This document shows, piece by piece, positions 1 through 12,090 of a stretch of DNA of 20,000 nt. Both the position numbers and the translations under genes were made by a program. Positions within the stretch are counted from its first letter, which is position 1. Every line of letters begins with the position of its first letter. Source of the DNA: Chiloscyllium plagiosum (lineage: Eukaryota); the NCBI RefSeq assembly GCF_004010195.1, contig NC_057718.1, positions 34,061,350 to 34,081,349 of the forward strand, written 5' to 3'. The notes below the pieces were generated by a model. That model did not search any database. It was given only the letters and a program-made list of their open reading frames with translations, and was not told where the DNA came from.

Positions 1-628
1 AAACTTCATTACATTTGGTATCCTTACTAATGGTGAGAGATAACTTTCATCATAACAGTTTGAAGGATTTGAAGGGAGCTCCCAGCAGTGAGAGTCCATG
101 TATTAACTTACTGGGCCATTTAATATCCCAGCTGCCTCATCTTATTGTGCAAGTAAAATGCACTTCATATCTTAACAAGAATCAATGTGGCCTGGACTAT
201 GTCACATTTCATGGTGACATTTGTATTTTATAAAGGCCAAGATGAATTGTTTAACTTTTTTAGGAGTTGTTGTTGCTTCAAGTATTTGACTGTCTGGCTA
301 AATGGTTAATTGTGTTTGAATATAAACTGATGAAAATACAAATCATTTTATACTTCCCATGTGGCCTATAATGAAAGAAAGGGCTTAAATGGCATGTATT
401 GTGCTGTAATCTAATATTCCAGAAGTGTTTCTCTGATCACAGGAAAGAGCTCAGCAGGGTGACTGAGGTTAGCTGTTTCAGTATGCCATACTGACTTGGC
501 ACAAATCTATTAAGCCAGGAACAAATATTGTGAGCCAAAAAAACTGTCTGCACCCATATTTGGGAGGTGTCTGCAACCATTCCTGTTGAGGCAGGCAGCA
601 CCTAAACATAGCATTACCCCTTTAGTGT

Positions 629-1005
629 TAGAACATAAGAACTAGGAGCAAGAAGAGGCAATTCAGCCCCTTGAACCTGCTCCACCATTTAATACACTCA
701 TGGCTGATCATATCTCAACCTTAACTCCACTTTCCTGCCCATTCCCCAAAACCCATTACTAATTAAAAATCTCTCTATCTCCTCCTTAAGTTTATTCAGT
801 GCCCTGATGTCCACCACCCTCTTGGGTACTGAATTCCAGAGATTCACAACCCTTTGAGAGAAGTAATCCCTCCTTATCTCTGCTTTAAATCTGTCATCCA
901 TTAACCTAGAACTGTAACCTCTCATTTCATATTGCCCCACAGGAGGAAACATCTGCTGTATAGCTACTTTGTCAATCCCCTTTAGCATCTTACATACCTC
1001 AATTA
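629..1005 (-). mobile_element. CR1-clade LINE 3' fragment (ORF2 C-terminus plus 3' UTR), decayed
   Basis: ORF 698..1078(-) contains LIEVCKMLKGIDKV...RRDYFSQRVVNLWNSVP...KLKEEIERFL, the typical CR1 ORF2 C-terminus. The 3' UTR tail reads agaacataagaactaggagca on the + strand. Confidence 0.85.
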
Positions 1006-4000
1006 AATTAAATTCAACCAGGGCCTGTCTGCCTGAGAACTCAGCAGGGGGCCGAAAAACATAAACTCTTCTTTCCAACCAGCATGTTCAGGTGTTTTTT
1101 ATACACCTTTGGATCAGATGGGACTCATAGCCAGGCCTCCAGTTCCATTTTGCAGTTAGCCTTCACTTCCTAAAGAAAGTTGTTTCTTCTAAAGAGGATT
1201 TGTATTCTATAGAAGGAAGCAGCTGCTGACTGTCTCTGCTGACACTGGTTGCAGAGTCTGGTCTGAAGGGAGGGTAAGAGTGCTCTAAGAAACTCCTTGG
1301 ATTCAGAGCTGTTCAAGGGCAGTGACTCCATATTTAAAGATGCCTCCACACCACCAACTACTCAACTTGTTCAATCCACTATTTCACATCTAGCAGTCAG
1401 AAACCAGCCCTAATATCCAGATATTCTATCTTTACCGTCACACACCTTCCAACGATGCCAGGTAGTTTCATAGCCAGCTCCTGTTTCTCGAACTATTCAG
1501 AGAGTCACCCTATAACACTAATTGACATTCTCCTCTCATTCTTGCATGATGTGGTGACCCATATTAGGAAGGTGCAGCATTGTAGCATCCAAACTTGTGA
1601 ATGTACTTACAAAGGGAGCACAATGATGTAGAATTGTCCCTTTGACATCTCACTTTGAAATTGCGGCATTGTCTGGCAGAAAATGAAAGAGATAGTACCT
1701 TTATGCTGGGGGAGAAGGTTCATGAGAGAAAGAAAATATCAAATTGCCATGGAGATCTTTAATTGCTACACACCTTGATTTCGTTGTGAATGGAATTCCT
1801 TGTCCACTTCATGCACTTAATTGCTTATTGCTCCACACATCTGTTGGCTTGCTTCAATGGAAGCAATGAAATCTAGTGGCTGCCTGACACCCTCTTAATA
1901 ACCTGTAAATGAAACAGATGCAGCCCAATAAAAAAAGTAACAACATTTCAAAGCAATTATCAGTTATATAACCACAAGAAGTGGAACGACATTGGAGTAT
2001 AAAACTGCTGAACCAGTTAAAGGGGCATCTGGCAAAATCTGTCTTAATATATGTTAGTGTCTGCAAACCAGAAAAAAGTAGACTGTGAAGGCTCATGTAA
2101 GCACTGGATATCAGGGACCTTACTGCTAACAGTTGTAACTGCAAATGCAGTTGTATATATGGAACCTTGTATATCTAATGGCCTTGACATTATGGTAAAT
2201 GACAAAGTGGTGATACTTGTTGCTGAAATTGAAAGCTGCCCTTAAAGTTCTCGCAATCCCAGTAGCACGTATTTTTCTTTTCCCAACATATTATTGATTC
2301 TGATGTCAACTCCAGGATATCACTGGTGACGAGAAAGACTTGAGTCATCAGCAGACTAGCCCTCCCAATCTCATTGAAGAATTCTCACAGATAGCAAACC
2401 AAGAAATAAAAATCACTGATTTTCCTTTAAATTATTTTAAAGGCAGCCAAACAAAAAATGAAATTAAGATTGAAGCTGAAATGTCATAAATTAACTTTCA
2501 TTTTTTGCTGTAATGCAGAAATTTGACATACCATGAATATAAAGTATTTTTACAGGGCTAGAGAGGTTGTTCACCAATAATTATGAACTTAGTAGATCAC
2601 AAATATTACACATCCATCAACAAGTCTAGGCTTTATCAAGGACTTTTACAATGAATTTAATAACATAGATGCAATAGTGCACATTTATTGAGTGATTTCT
2701 AAAGTTTTCCATTGTGAGGACTTCAACAGTTCACCCTGTGGTGGAGTGGGGAAGGCATTAGCAGTGATTTCTGGATTTCCATGTTTAACTGAGCATGTGC
2801 AGACATCAGCGATTGTATTGACTTCATAGTTGTAACGACGGTGAAGGTTGACAGTTTTGCTGTCTTTAAACCACAAAATCCAGGCGAGTAATTACTCATT
2901 TAAATTGGCTACCATAGCAACACTATACTTATTGCCTCAATGCCTCAGAAATCTCTACGTTTCCCACAAATTCCACCTCCTATTCCTCAGGGATAGGAGG
3001 TGCCAATACTCCTCTATCCGCAGTTTAGTTTGTAAGAGCATCACAACAGGATGCCATCATTATGTGACCATGTTGCTAATCACAGCTTGACTGCAAATGC
3101 TGAATAATTATCAACTAATATTCGCATTTATATTCCATTGGATTGACCACACAATGACATGCTTACTTTATAAACCATGGTAATCCAATATACAATACCT
3201 GGCTAGAGCTGTTCTAATTTTCCTGAGGCTCTTTTTCTAAGGAAGGAAAAAATAACTAGTAAATATGCCCCACCCAAACTAAGCTGGGAGACTCTTCACA
3301 GCACATGCCACACCTTATCTGGTAAGGTGAGGCTGATTGCAAAAATGCTCATTTGAAGGGAATTGATGAGCCACCTATCCTTCTTCTGTTCCTGTTCCAT
3401 GCTTCTAATCCTCGGACAATCCTCTGGTCACAACAAACAGAGGAAATTTGAGTAAGGTGAATGGCATTACTCTGAAGACGCAAATCTAATTCAATTGCTC
3501 CAAGTGCAAACATAGAACAATTGAGATCTAAATAAGTAAAGATCAATTCTTGGAAATATTGAAGACAAGAAAGTATCCTGAGTAAGCACCACTCCTCCAC
3601 TTCAGTGCCTTGATTTTAAATCCAGTCAAGGCTGAAGGGATGAAAGTTGGTATTAGTCCATAATCAAAAGCAATACCCAGAATAATACACTTTTAATAAC
3701 AACAGAACTTTTTAAAAAAAATTAAAAACTTTGTTAAGATTTATTTCTCGATACACATACTTACTCCAAGGACCAATGTAGCAGACTCAGTGTTGGTAAA
3801 AATTTAAAAATAGATTGGCCTCCATTTCTATCTAGTGATAAACCTGTGGCATAGAGTTAAGAGTAGGGAGGGTGGAACCTTATAGATCAAGGGAAATTGT
3901 AAGGATAAACAACACATTCAAGTCTCACTCCATTCAGTAACCAGCCTCAAATACTTCAAATAAATCGAGTAGAGGCAATGCAATGGAATGCTGATGTATT

Positions 4001-4254
4001 CAAACAAGATTAAGATTTGGAAATAATTACAATGACCCAGTATTGCTTTTATCTTTCTCAATAGCACCCACTACAAGGAGGGAATTGCTGTTAAACGTAA
4101 TTAATTAACTGCTACACTGCATCTTATAGGTCATACATAGTGCAACCTTCATTTTCAGGTAATAGAGGGGAGTGGGTACTGAGTTCAAAGAAAAATGTCG
4201 ACTAAACAAATGACTCTATCTTAAGTAATGAATTGAATTGGACTCTATCTTAAG

Positions 4255-4352
4255 GCATTCCTGATGAAGGACTTATTCCCGAAATGTCGACTGTCCTGCT
4301 CCTTGGATGCTGCCTGATCTGCTGTTCTTTGCCTGCGCCGTACGTTTTGACT
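4255..4352 (+). mobile_element. Penelope-like (PLE) terminal-repeat remnant with decayed hammerhead-like core
   Basis: CTGATGA (4261-4267), degenerate stem, GAAA (4281-4284), TGTC. Aligns without gaps to 16005-16086 at about 80% identity by eye. Flanked by gactc(t/c)atcttaag direct repeats. Confidence 0.75.
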
Positions 4353-5122
4353 CCATCTTAAGTAATGCGAAGCCAATGTGCCTGCACCATCCAGGCAAAT
4401 AATACACTTTATCACACTCCTGCCTTGAGCCTTGTAGACGACAGAAGAAGTTTTGAGGAGTTGGGAACAGAGCCAATCATTGCATTACATCTGCACTGTT
4501 TTTGTAGCCATTGTGTAAACATAGCAGGTTTAAGTAAATTCGGGGCAAGTGAGGTCCCAAGATACTAAAGGTAGAAACTTGGCCAATGTTGGGTGCCATT
4601 CAATGGTGGAGAAAGTGGTTTAACTTTCTCTCCAAAGCCATTATTACACTAACTTGTGTGATGTTAATATTAACTGCCACTTATTAGGTAAAACTTGTGT
4701 GTTGGAATTTTATGGACTATTTAAGAGACTGAAGATGTTTAAATGTGAGAGAGTTTGGAACATCTTGTTTAGCCTATCAGATTCCCACTAGGATAAGGAA
4801 TTCAAAGAGAAAAGAAAGAGAAAGGAATATGTTACATCCAATCCCCAGGCAATGTTCTCCAAATTGTTACAGTTCCAGATGGGTTACCTCAACTTGTTAA
4901 GTTCCCAGGGAGAAAGGATGAACTGACTCCTATTAGTTATTCACCTACCTCTCTGATTGGTCAAAACAAGATTAATTTAAACAGGGTCTCTTCCCTCATG
5001 GATGCCTTTTTCCCAGACCAAAGTAATTTATGCTTTAAAAGGAGTAAAATGTAACCATGCTTTCTTGAGTTACATTGAATGGAATAATTAGTTACTAAGT
5101 GTGAGAAGAAATAATGATTCAA

Positions 5123-5138
5123 CACACACACACACACA
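5123..5138 (+). repeat. (CA)8 microsatellite
   Basis: cacacacacacacaca, read directly from the sequence. Confidence 0.95.
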
Positions 5139-6479
5139 GATTATAAATAGGTGGTGAGCCCAAAAAAAGCAATAGCCATTTATGAAGAGTAGCTGAAAGA
5201 ACATTGCTGTCATTATAATAGTTATTACTGGTGTTGTTGACTTTGGTAGTTGAACAGCTGATTTCAAGACTATTGTCTTTGCAGGTTGATGAGAATTATT
5301 TTGTCCTGCTTCTTTTTGACAATAGCTGACTGGCAATACTCAGACATGTCTTTTCCCTTTACCTGTGTTGTAGGGTTTTTTTAATGGCTGTTATCAAAGC
5401 TATAATCTTCACAATACACTAGATCACACAATAGGGTATCAGACCACAAACACATCCCGATCTAGGATGAAGCTTGTTTTTAAATCCATTTTTTGTATAT
5501 TCCTGAAAAAGAAAAGCACAAAAACAGCTACAGGAGATGGCCTCCTACCTACAGGATGTTAGCTGGTTAGCCTCTCATTATCCCTTTCTTTTTGTCTTAC
5601 TGTTTGCATGTTTGTGTTCATGGTGTGACATTTCAGAATTTGTTTCCATACAGCCACTGAATTTATATTCACAGTCATCTTTTGGCTGCATCTCCTTTGT
5701 CAAAATAACACATTGGAATTAAATGCTACAGGTGATCTGTCACGATATTGTCGAGAAAGTGGATCTTGATTCATAGGTAAAAGGTCATTGTGAAACCAGG
5801 AAGTGTCTGAGTGCTCTCACAAGCCTCACTCCTTGCATTTTAGAACTTAAATGAAGAACATTGCTGGTGCTGTCAAATTGGAATACCATCAATAGGCAAG
5901 CTAACAGGGCAACTTACCAAAGTTACTGAAATGAGACTGAAGGCTGAATTTTAGGGGAGTATTAGGCCTTTTAGTTGTGTGAGCCATGGAACTATAACCA
6001 CTCTTTTACCCTGTATTACACAAACAAAATAAGGAACACTTAATAATTTGGTTCAAAGGCTCTTAAACCTGACGATGAGTTTCTGTTGGCATGTCAGATA
6101 TTCTTGTTTCTTATGAAGTCATTATGGGTCTATTCGAGGTGGTTATATCATCATTTTATAACAAGCAAGAGAAATCTTTATGAAACTTTTTGTTTCATGA
6201 AGCTGTTGCTTTCTGAATTACATTTTAAAAGAAAGTGTTGTCAAATGAAACGTTTGTAGTTGCGAATGAATGTCAATTGCAATGCCTGTTTTGACCTGTA
6301 TGAATTGAAACCACTCAAAAGGAGCTTCTTAATAGAAGCTGAATATCCACAAATAAATATCCAACTGCTTTAAATGCACAATGTAGTGATTATTGTCAGT
6401 ACAAACAATTACTTTTTATTTTTGCCTATTTTTCCTCCATTAGATTATTCCTTCCCTTTCTGTTGAAGATTGAGATCCA

Positions 6480-6700
6480 AAATGGCCTCCAGTACCTTAC
6501 CTAATTAGCTGTGGATCATCAGAGTGCCAAGAAATCCATAATTGGAGACATCTCAGCTATCTGCATCACCTGTTCTTTCTTGGAAACCAGCCAAATTTAC
6601 TGGTCAGGAGCAGGAACTATTACTCAACTCACTGTTATTGTAACCAATGTAGGGTGTATTACTCATGCATTGTCAGAATCAGCTGAATGAATGGCCGACA
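6480..6700 (-). mobile_element. Ancient, highly decayed SINE-like remnant
   Basis: Short blocks (ccagtacctta, gacatctcagct, tcaggagcaggaa) are reverse-complement-like to blocks at about 12300-12585 and resemble an old chondrichthyan SINE as recalled from memory. Boundaries are approximate. Confidence 0.35.
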
Positions 6701-6740
6701 GTGGCCACCTATGAATAGGTTTCAAAAAGCAGAGAAACAC

Positions 6741-7021
6741 CGAAAATAGGAGCAGACACAGTCCTTTCGGCCATTTGAGCTTGCTCCACATCTCAACATG
6801 ATTATAGCTGATCATCTAAATCAATACCCTGTTCCCACTTCCTCACATACCTTTGGATCCATTTAGCCCTAAGAACTATATCTAACATATTTTTGAAAAC
6901 ATTAATGTTTTGGCCTCAACCATTTTCTCTGGCAGAGCAATTCACAGGCTCACCACTCTCTGGGTGAAGAAATTTCTTCTCATCTAGTCCTAAATGGGCT
7001 ATACTATATTCTTAAACTGCG
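6741..7021 (-). mobile_element. CR1-clade LINE 3' fragment, decayed
   Basis: Collinear with 629-915 (taggagcag...ttgagcttgctccac...tagctgatcat...ttcacaggctcaccactctctgggtgaagaaattt). The minus strand encodes RRNFFTQRVVSL. Confidence 0.8.
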
Positions 7022-7181
7022 AAACACTCTAATAAGAGATTCACATCCTGGAATAAAATTTTCAATTTTAAACAATATGGGCCAATCCTCATGCAATGCT
7101 CCTGATTAAGTAATGGATCCAAAAAGGGTAATTAGTTGATGTGCACTTACTCTTTACCACTGGGAACATGGGGTACATTAC

Positions 7182-8603
7182 AGTCATAGAGTAATAGAGA
7201 TGTACAGCACAAAAACAGACCCTTTGGCCCAACTCTTCCATGCCGACCAGATATCCCAACCTAATTTAGCCCCACCAGCCAGCACTTGGCCCATATCCCT
7301 CCAAACCCTTCCTATTTAAATATCCATCCAGATGCCTTTTAAATGTTGCAATTGTACTAGCCTCCACCACTTCCTCTGGCAGCTCATTCCATACACATAC
7401 CACCCTCTGAGTGAAAAAGTTGCCCCTTAGGTCTCTTTTATATCTTCCCCCTCTCACCCTAAACCTATGCCCTCTAGTTCTGGACTCCCTGACCCCAGGG
7501 AAAAGACTTTGTCTATTTATCCTNNNNNNNNNNNNNNNNNNCAATGTCCTGTACAGTCGCAACATGACCTCCCAACTCCTGTACTCAATACTCTGACGAA
7601 TAAAGGGAAGCATACCAAACGCCTTTTTCACTATCCTATCTACCTGCAACTCCACTTTCAAGGAGCTATGAACCTGCACTCCAAGGTCTCTTTGTTCAGC
7701 AACACTCCCTAGGACCTTACCATTAAGTGTATAAGTCCTGCTAAGATTTGCTTTCCCGAAATGCAGCCCCTCACATTTATCTAAACTAAACTCCATCTGC
7801 CACTTCTCAGTCCATTGGCCCATCCGATCAAGATCCTGTTGTAATCTGAGCTACCCTTCTTCGCTGTCCACTACACCTCCAATTTTGGTGTCATCAGCAA
7901 ACTTACTATACTTCTTAGGCTCACATCCAAATCATTTATATAAATGACGAAAAGTAGTGGGCACAGTGCCGATCCTTGTGACACTCCACTGGTCACAGGC
8001 CTCCAGTCTGAAAAGCAATCCTCCATCACCACCCTCTGACTTCTGCCTTCAAACCAGTTCTGTATCCAAATGGCAGGTTCTCCTTGTATTCCATGAGATC
8101 TAATCTTGCTCACCAGTCTCCCATGGGGAACTTTGTTGAATGCCTTACTGAAGTCCATATAGATCACATCTACTGCTCTGCCCTCATCAATCCTCTTTGT
8201 TACTTCTTCAAAAATCTCAATCAAGTTTGTGAGACATGATTTCCCATGCACAAAGCTGTGTTGATTATCCCTAATCAGTCCTTGCCTTTCCAAATACATG
8301 TACATCCTGTCCCTCAGGATTCCCTCCAACAACTTGCCCACCACCAACATCAGACTCAACTGGTTTATAGTTCCCTGGCTTATCCTTACCACCTTTCTTA
8401 AACATTGGCACCACCTTAGCCAACCTCCAGTGTTTTGGCACCACACCTGTGACTATCGATTCTATAAATATCACAGTAAGAGGTCCAGCAATCACTCCCC
8501 TAGCTTCCCACGGAGTTTTGGGGTACACCTGATCAGGTCCTGGGCATTTATCCACTTTTATGCATTTCAAGACATCCAGCACTTCCTCCTCTGTAATATA
8601 GAC
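7182..8603 (-). mobile_element. CR1-clade (HER1-like) LINE, 5'-truncated; RT domain through 3' UTR, frameshifted
   Basis: ORFs 8271..8582, 7871..8446 and 7266..7823 give DKCPGPDQVYP, VVPMFKKGGKDKPGNY, GKSCLTNL, DVIYMDFSKAFNKVPH, SGVSQGSALCPLLFVIYINDL, FADD (tttgctgatgac, reverse complement of 7890-7901) and NFFTQRVVCVWNELP. Short tandem tail (catagag/aatagag) at the 3' end. Confidence 0.95.
7524..7541. other. Assembly gap (18 N) inside the CR1 copy
   Basis: Run of N, read directly from the sequence. Confidence 0.99.
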
Positions 8604-8814
8604 TAATGGTCTTGACTATTGGACAAAATCTGCTAGTTGTGAGGATCCAATAAAAAAATAATTTGTTCTCCTTAATCAGCAAGAGTCTACAGTGCATTAC
8701 ACGAGTGCCACAGGATGTGGTAAGAAGCTTTTCTCTAAACTTGTCAAATCATAGATACATAGGTATGCATTCCAATCTTTAGCACTAGCATTTAGAATCT
8801 TTGTATGCAAAATG

Positions 8815-9078
8815 TCTGTGCTAGTTTTGGGCACTCCTGTTTTAATTATGCATTAATAGTTGCTGTGCCTTCAGTTGCCTCAGCTCTATACTCTGAAATT
8901 ATTTCCCTAAATCTCTCTACATTTCTACCTTTGTTTCCTGTAAGATGGCCCTTAAAACTTGCCTCTCCATCTGCTCCAATATTGCTTTATGTGGCACGCT
9001 GTCAGGTTTTGCTTTATAATGCTTCTGTTGAGTACATTTATTATATTTAAGATGCTATATAAATACACATTTTTGTCA
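8815..9078 (+). mobile_element. L2-clade LINE 3' end, old
   Basis: gtgccttcagttgcctcagctct...ctctgaaattatttccctaaa...taagatggcccttaaaacttgcctc matches the L2 ORF2 terminus (AFS..AP.LWNSLP...FK..LKT.LF). Ends in the L2-type tail gatgctatataaatac. Confidence 0.7.
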
Positions 9079-9989
9079 TAAGATTCACCAAGAAGGAATA
9101 ATAAAAAGAAAGCTTCTATCATTTTCAAGTGAATTTATTACACAATGTCTGACCTTTCCTTCTAGCCCTTCCTATTGCTGTAAGATGTAAAATGGCTTAG
9201 CAAGACCGTAATCACTAGAATCTGAAAAAAAATATTTGGCAAAGGTTTGGTACCTGTAAGTAAACTGAGGAAATTTGCTATTTCAAAATAAATAAACTTC
9301 TGGCAGTTGCCTAATAAAGCAAAGTACTAATGAAACGAAGAGAATGTAGTGCAGTCGTGACCTCAGATAGTGTTGGGAAACATTTACAGATGAGCGGAGC
9401 TATGTACATTTCCAATCATCATCGTCCACGTAAAAAAGAGAAGAGACTGTTTCCAAATTATTCACTATGCAATCCTACTGGAATGTTCCCTGACCATGGA
9501 ACAGCTTTCATGGCAATACCAAATTTAGATGGGTTCATTCAGTAAGTTGGCCCGATCATACAGTTAATCTACAAACACTGAAGTCAACCATGGTGACCTG
9601 TATTGTCCAGGAAAAATCCGTCAACTTAGCACCAACAAGCAGTCAAACTTGGGACTTCCCCACAGTTCCAGTTCACTAAGTTTTTCGATTAAGTTCTTAG
9701 AGGAATTGGTGGTATTCCTCCATAAGCAAGAATTCTGCTTATTTCACCGTGTATGCAATGATCTTATCAAATTAAGAGTTAGGGAAAGATATCCTGAGAT
9801 ACCTGCAGCTATAAGATGCAAAGTAACATAAGGTTCAGTTTAAAAGGCACTATGGATATTGAGGAATTGAACGTAAAGCTTCATTTACATTATTCTTATC
9901 TTTTGCCCTATATTGCTACACACCCCATCATTGAGAATGGGGATAATTATGCAGCCTCCTGTTAGTTGTTGAATTGCCTCCAACCATTC

Positions 9990-10770
9990 ATGACTGGATG
10001 TGGCAGGACTGCAGAAGATGGTTATGCTTGTTGGATGTCTGTCATTGCAGCATCAGGAGAACTTTGCAGGTGTTTATTTGTAAACCAACCCTCTTTAGCT
10101 GCTTCGTTAATGACTATTCCTCTCTCTTAAGGTCAAAACTGGGGATGTTCACTGATGATTGTACAATGTTCAGCATATTCTTGATTGCTCAGATACTGAA
10201 ACAGTCCATGTCCAAACACCAACGAGACCTGAACAACATCCAGGCTTGGACTGATAAGTGGCAAGCAATATTCACACCACGCAAAAGTATCAAGGAATTG
10301 ACCATCCCAAACAAGACCATTACCCCATGACATTCAAGGGCATTATCATCACTTTATCCCCTACTATTAACCTTTTGAGGCTTACCATTCACTAGAAATT
10401 GAATTGACTCAGTCATATGAATACTGTGGCTACAGGAATGGTCAGAGGGTGATAATTCTGCAGCAAGTAACTTGCCTCCGAACTCCACAAAACTTGTTCA
10501 CTATCTGCAATGCTTAAATCACCACTTGCCTGGATGATGTGGTTCGTACGACACTCCAGGAGTTGGACAACCCTGGACAAAGGCAACCCCACTCTTTATT
10601 GGCACCCTATCTATTACCTTCCATTTTCATGCCTTCCACTACCAATACATAATCACAGCAATTTGTACCATCTACACAATGCGCTGTACTAACTGATCAA
10701 GGCTCTTCTGACAGCATCGTCCAAACCCACAATTTCTGCTAACTAGAGGGACAGGGGCAGCAGAAGCATA
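9990..10770 (+). mobile_element. CR1/L2-group LINE RT fragment, old and heavily mutated
   Basis: ORF 9974..10330 reads PTLFSCFVND...LGMFTDDCTMF (FADD-equivalent at 10148-10159) and, after a frameshift, QRDLNNIQAWTDKWQAIFTPRK. Decayed ORF2 sequence continues to about 10770. Confidence 0.85.
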
Positions 10771-11702
10771 AATTGGTGACTAGGGTTTTGGAGCAGGAAA
10801 CAGACAATGACTTGTGCCCCCATTATCCCAGAATAGACGAGGTAGATTCAGTTTATCCTGACAGTATTATTGCACAGAGTGACAGGGAAACTTGTACACC
10901 AAGTGCTGAAATCTCTTAAACCCTTTTCTCAGTTTCCTTTGAAATATCTCTCCTTAGCATGTCGCAGAACTGACCGGCTCGATCTGCATTCACGCTCACT
11001 GAGTTACTGGAACTGCAGGGTTGCTGAGATTTGTGAGTGAAGGAAAGCTTGGTGGCAAGTAGTCCCAAGGATGAAAGTACCACAAAGATTGTCTCCTGTG
11101 CATCATCGTTTTTAAGTTCAAGTTTATGTTTTTGATAGTTTTTTTTATTGAAGTCTTAAATTTATCAGTTTGTTGAGGAACATACCAACAGGCAGGTATT
11201 ATGATAAGATAATGTGACAGCATAGGGGAGGGACAATGGGTGAACCTTGGTTTGTGAATATGTCTGTGACAGGGGTTAAGAAATCTTTAAAGGCAATGAA
11301 GGCCATGAAGGAACAACTCCTAGCCAGCAAGGATAAAAGCCAGGGAAATAGTTCAAGTGGGGAGTGACTGGACAGGAAAGAGCCAGAGCAAGAATATTTA
11401 TGCTGTTCCTGTCTGGATCATCTCTGCACTTTAAGGCACAACTGCCAGGATGGATAAGCTACTCTTGTTTTGTGCAAGCTGTGGGCTGGGTGTGCCTAAG
11501 TCCCACTGTGTCCTATTTCAGCACAATACAAAGACTGTATAATCACTGGTGTCATTTCCCTCCCCATGTAAGATTTATTTCCTTTTCAAATAGTCATACT
11601 TCCGACCATACTTCTTTATTGCACCCAAGTTCACAATTTTGAATTCTTAAGGTCTGAACTAACTATCATCACAAGATTGGCTCTTCCCTATTGTATAGAA
11701 GA

Positions 11703-12090
11703 AATAACTTCCTTTTAAATAACATCTTATCACATTCACAAGGTGTCCCAATGCACTGCATAACAAATTCATTACTTTTGAATGGAGTCATTTATGTTGT
11801 GAGAAAATATGTCAGCAGTTTTGTGCACACTGATGTTTCACAAAGAAGATGAATCATAGATAAGCCACCAGCTTCTCAGGGCAATTAGGGATGAGCCACA
11901 AGAGCTGGCTTTGCCAGTATTACTAAGATCCCACACAAAAAAAATTAAAAATTGCTTCTGATGATTGGAGAATAAATGCTAGTCAGGACAATGGGAAAAC
12001 CTGCCTCTCTTTGACAAAACAATGCCATGAGATTTCTTTTATGTCCACTTAAATGAGTAAACTTTGGCTTAATGTCTCATCTGAATGTAC
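11703..12090 (-). mobile_element. Deu-domain SINE (SacSINE1/AmnSINE1-like), interrupted by a nested insertion
   Basis: Blocks tacttttgaatggagtca, gtgcacac...tcacaaa, aataaatgctagtcaggaca, aatgccatgagatttcttttatgtccac and ttaatgtctcatctgaa match the reverse complement of the Deu core as recalled. The left end resembles the reverse complement of the L2 tail at about 9020-9078. Confidence 0.65.
11862..11951 (+). mobile_element. Short LINE/SINE 3'-tail insertion with A-rich end, nested in the Deu-SINE
   Basis: cttctcagggcaattagggatgag...gctggctttgccagt...atcccac followed by an A-rich tract. Homologous to the reverse complement of 12895-12965 (cagttggggatgggcaataaatactgaactggccagt...gccccatgaatg). 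Confidence 0.7.

Noticed and set aside
440..1140. Possible old SINE interrupted by the CR1 fragment at 629-1005
   Set aside because: The flanks look repeat-like, but I could not identify diagnostic boxes or a family.
1854..3600. Short ORFs 1854..2144(-), 2051..2245(+), 2685..2876(-), 2848..3090(+) and 3349..3600(-) as host exons
   Set aside because: No recognisable domain, most use non-ATG starts, no convincing paired splice sites, and the lengths are expected by chance.
4212..4367. CRISPR-like repeat-spacer array
   Set aside because: Only three short, irregularly spaced repeats in vertebrate-type DNA with no cas genes; better explained as a target-site duplication.
4829..5059. Possible solo LTR or MITE (atgttacat ... 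atgtaaccat termini, internal CCAAT on the minus strand)
   Set aside because: The termini are short and imperfect, with no clear TSD and no second copy in the window.
6180..6340. Two 7-bp hairpins (atgaaac/gtttcat and agcttct/agaagct), and a similar one at 199-220
   Set aside because: Stems this short are expected by chance in 20 kb of AT-rich sequence, and there is no miRNA- or snoRNA-like context.
7266..8582. RT ORFs as an active retroelement, retron or domesticated gene
   Set aside because: Frameshifted, 5'-truncated, with no endonuclease or ORF1; ordinary dead CR1 copies. The context is eukaryotic, so prokaryotic RT systems do not apply.
11213..11635. Possible solo LTR (tgtga...tcaca with TATA-like gataaaag)
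   Set aside because: No canonical poly(A) signal, TSD, PBS or PPT could be identified; needs a repeat-library search.
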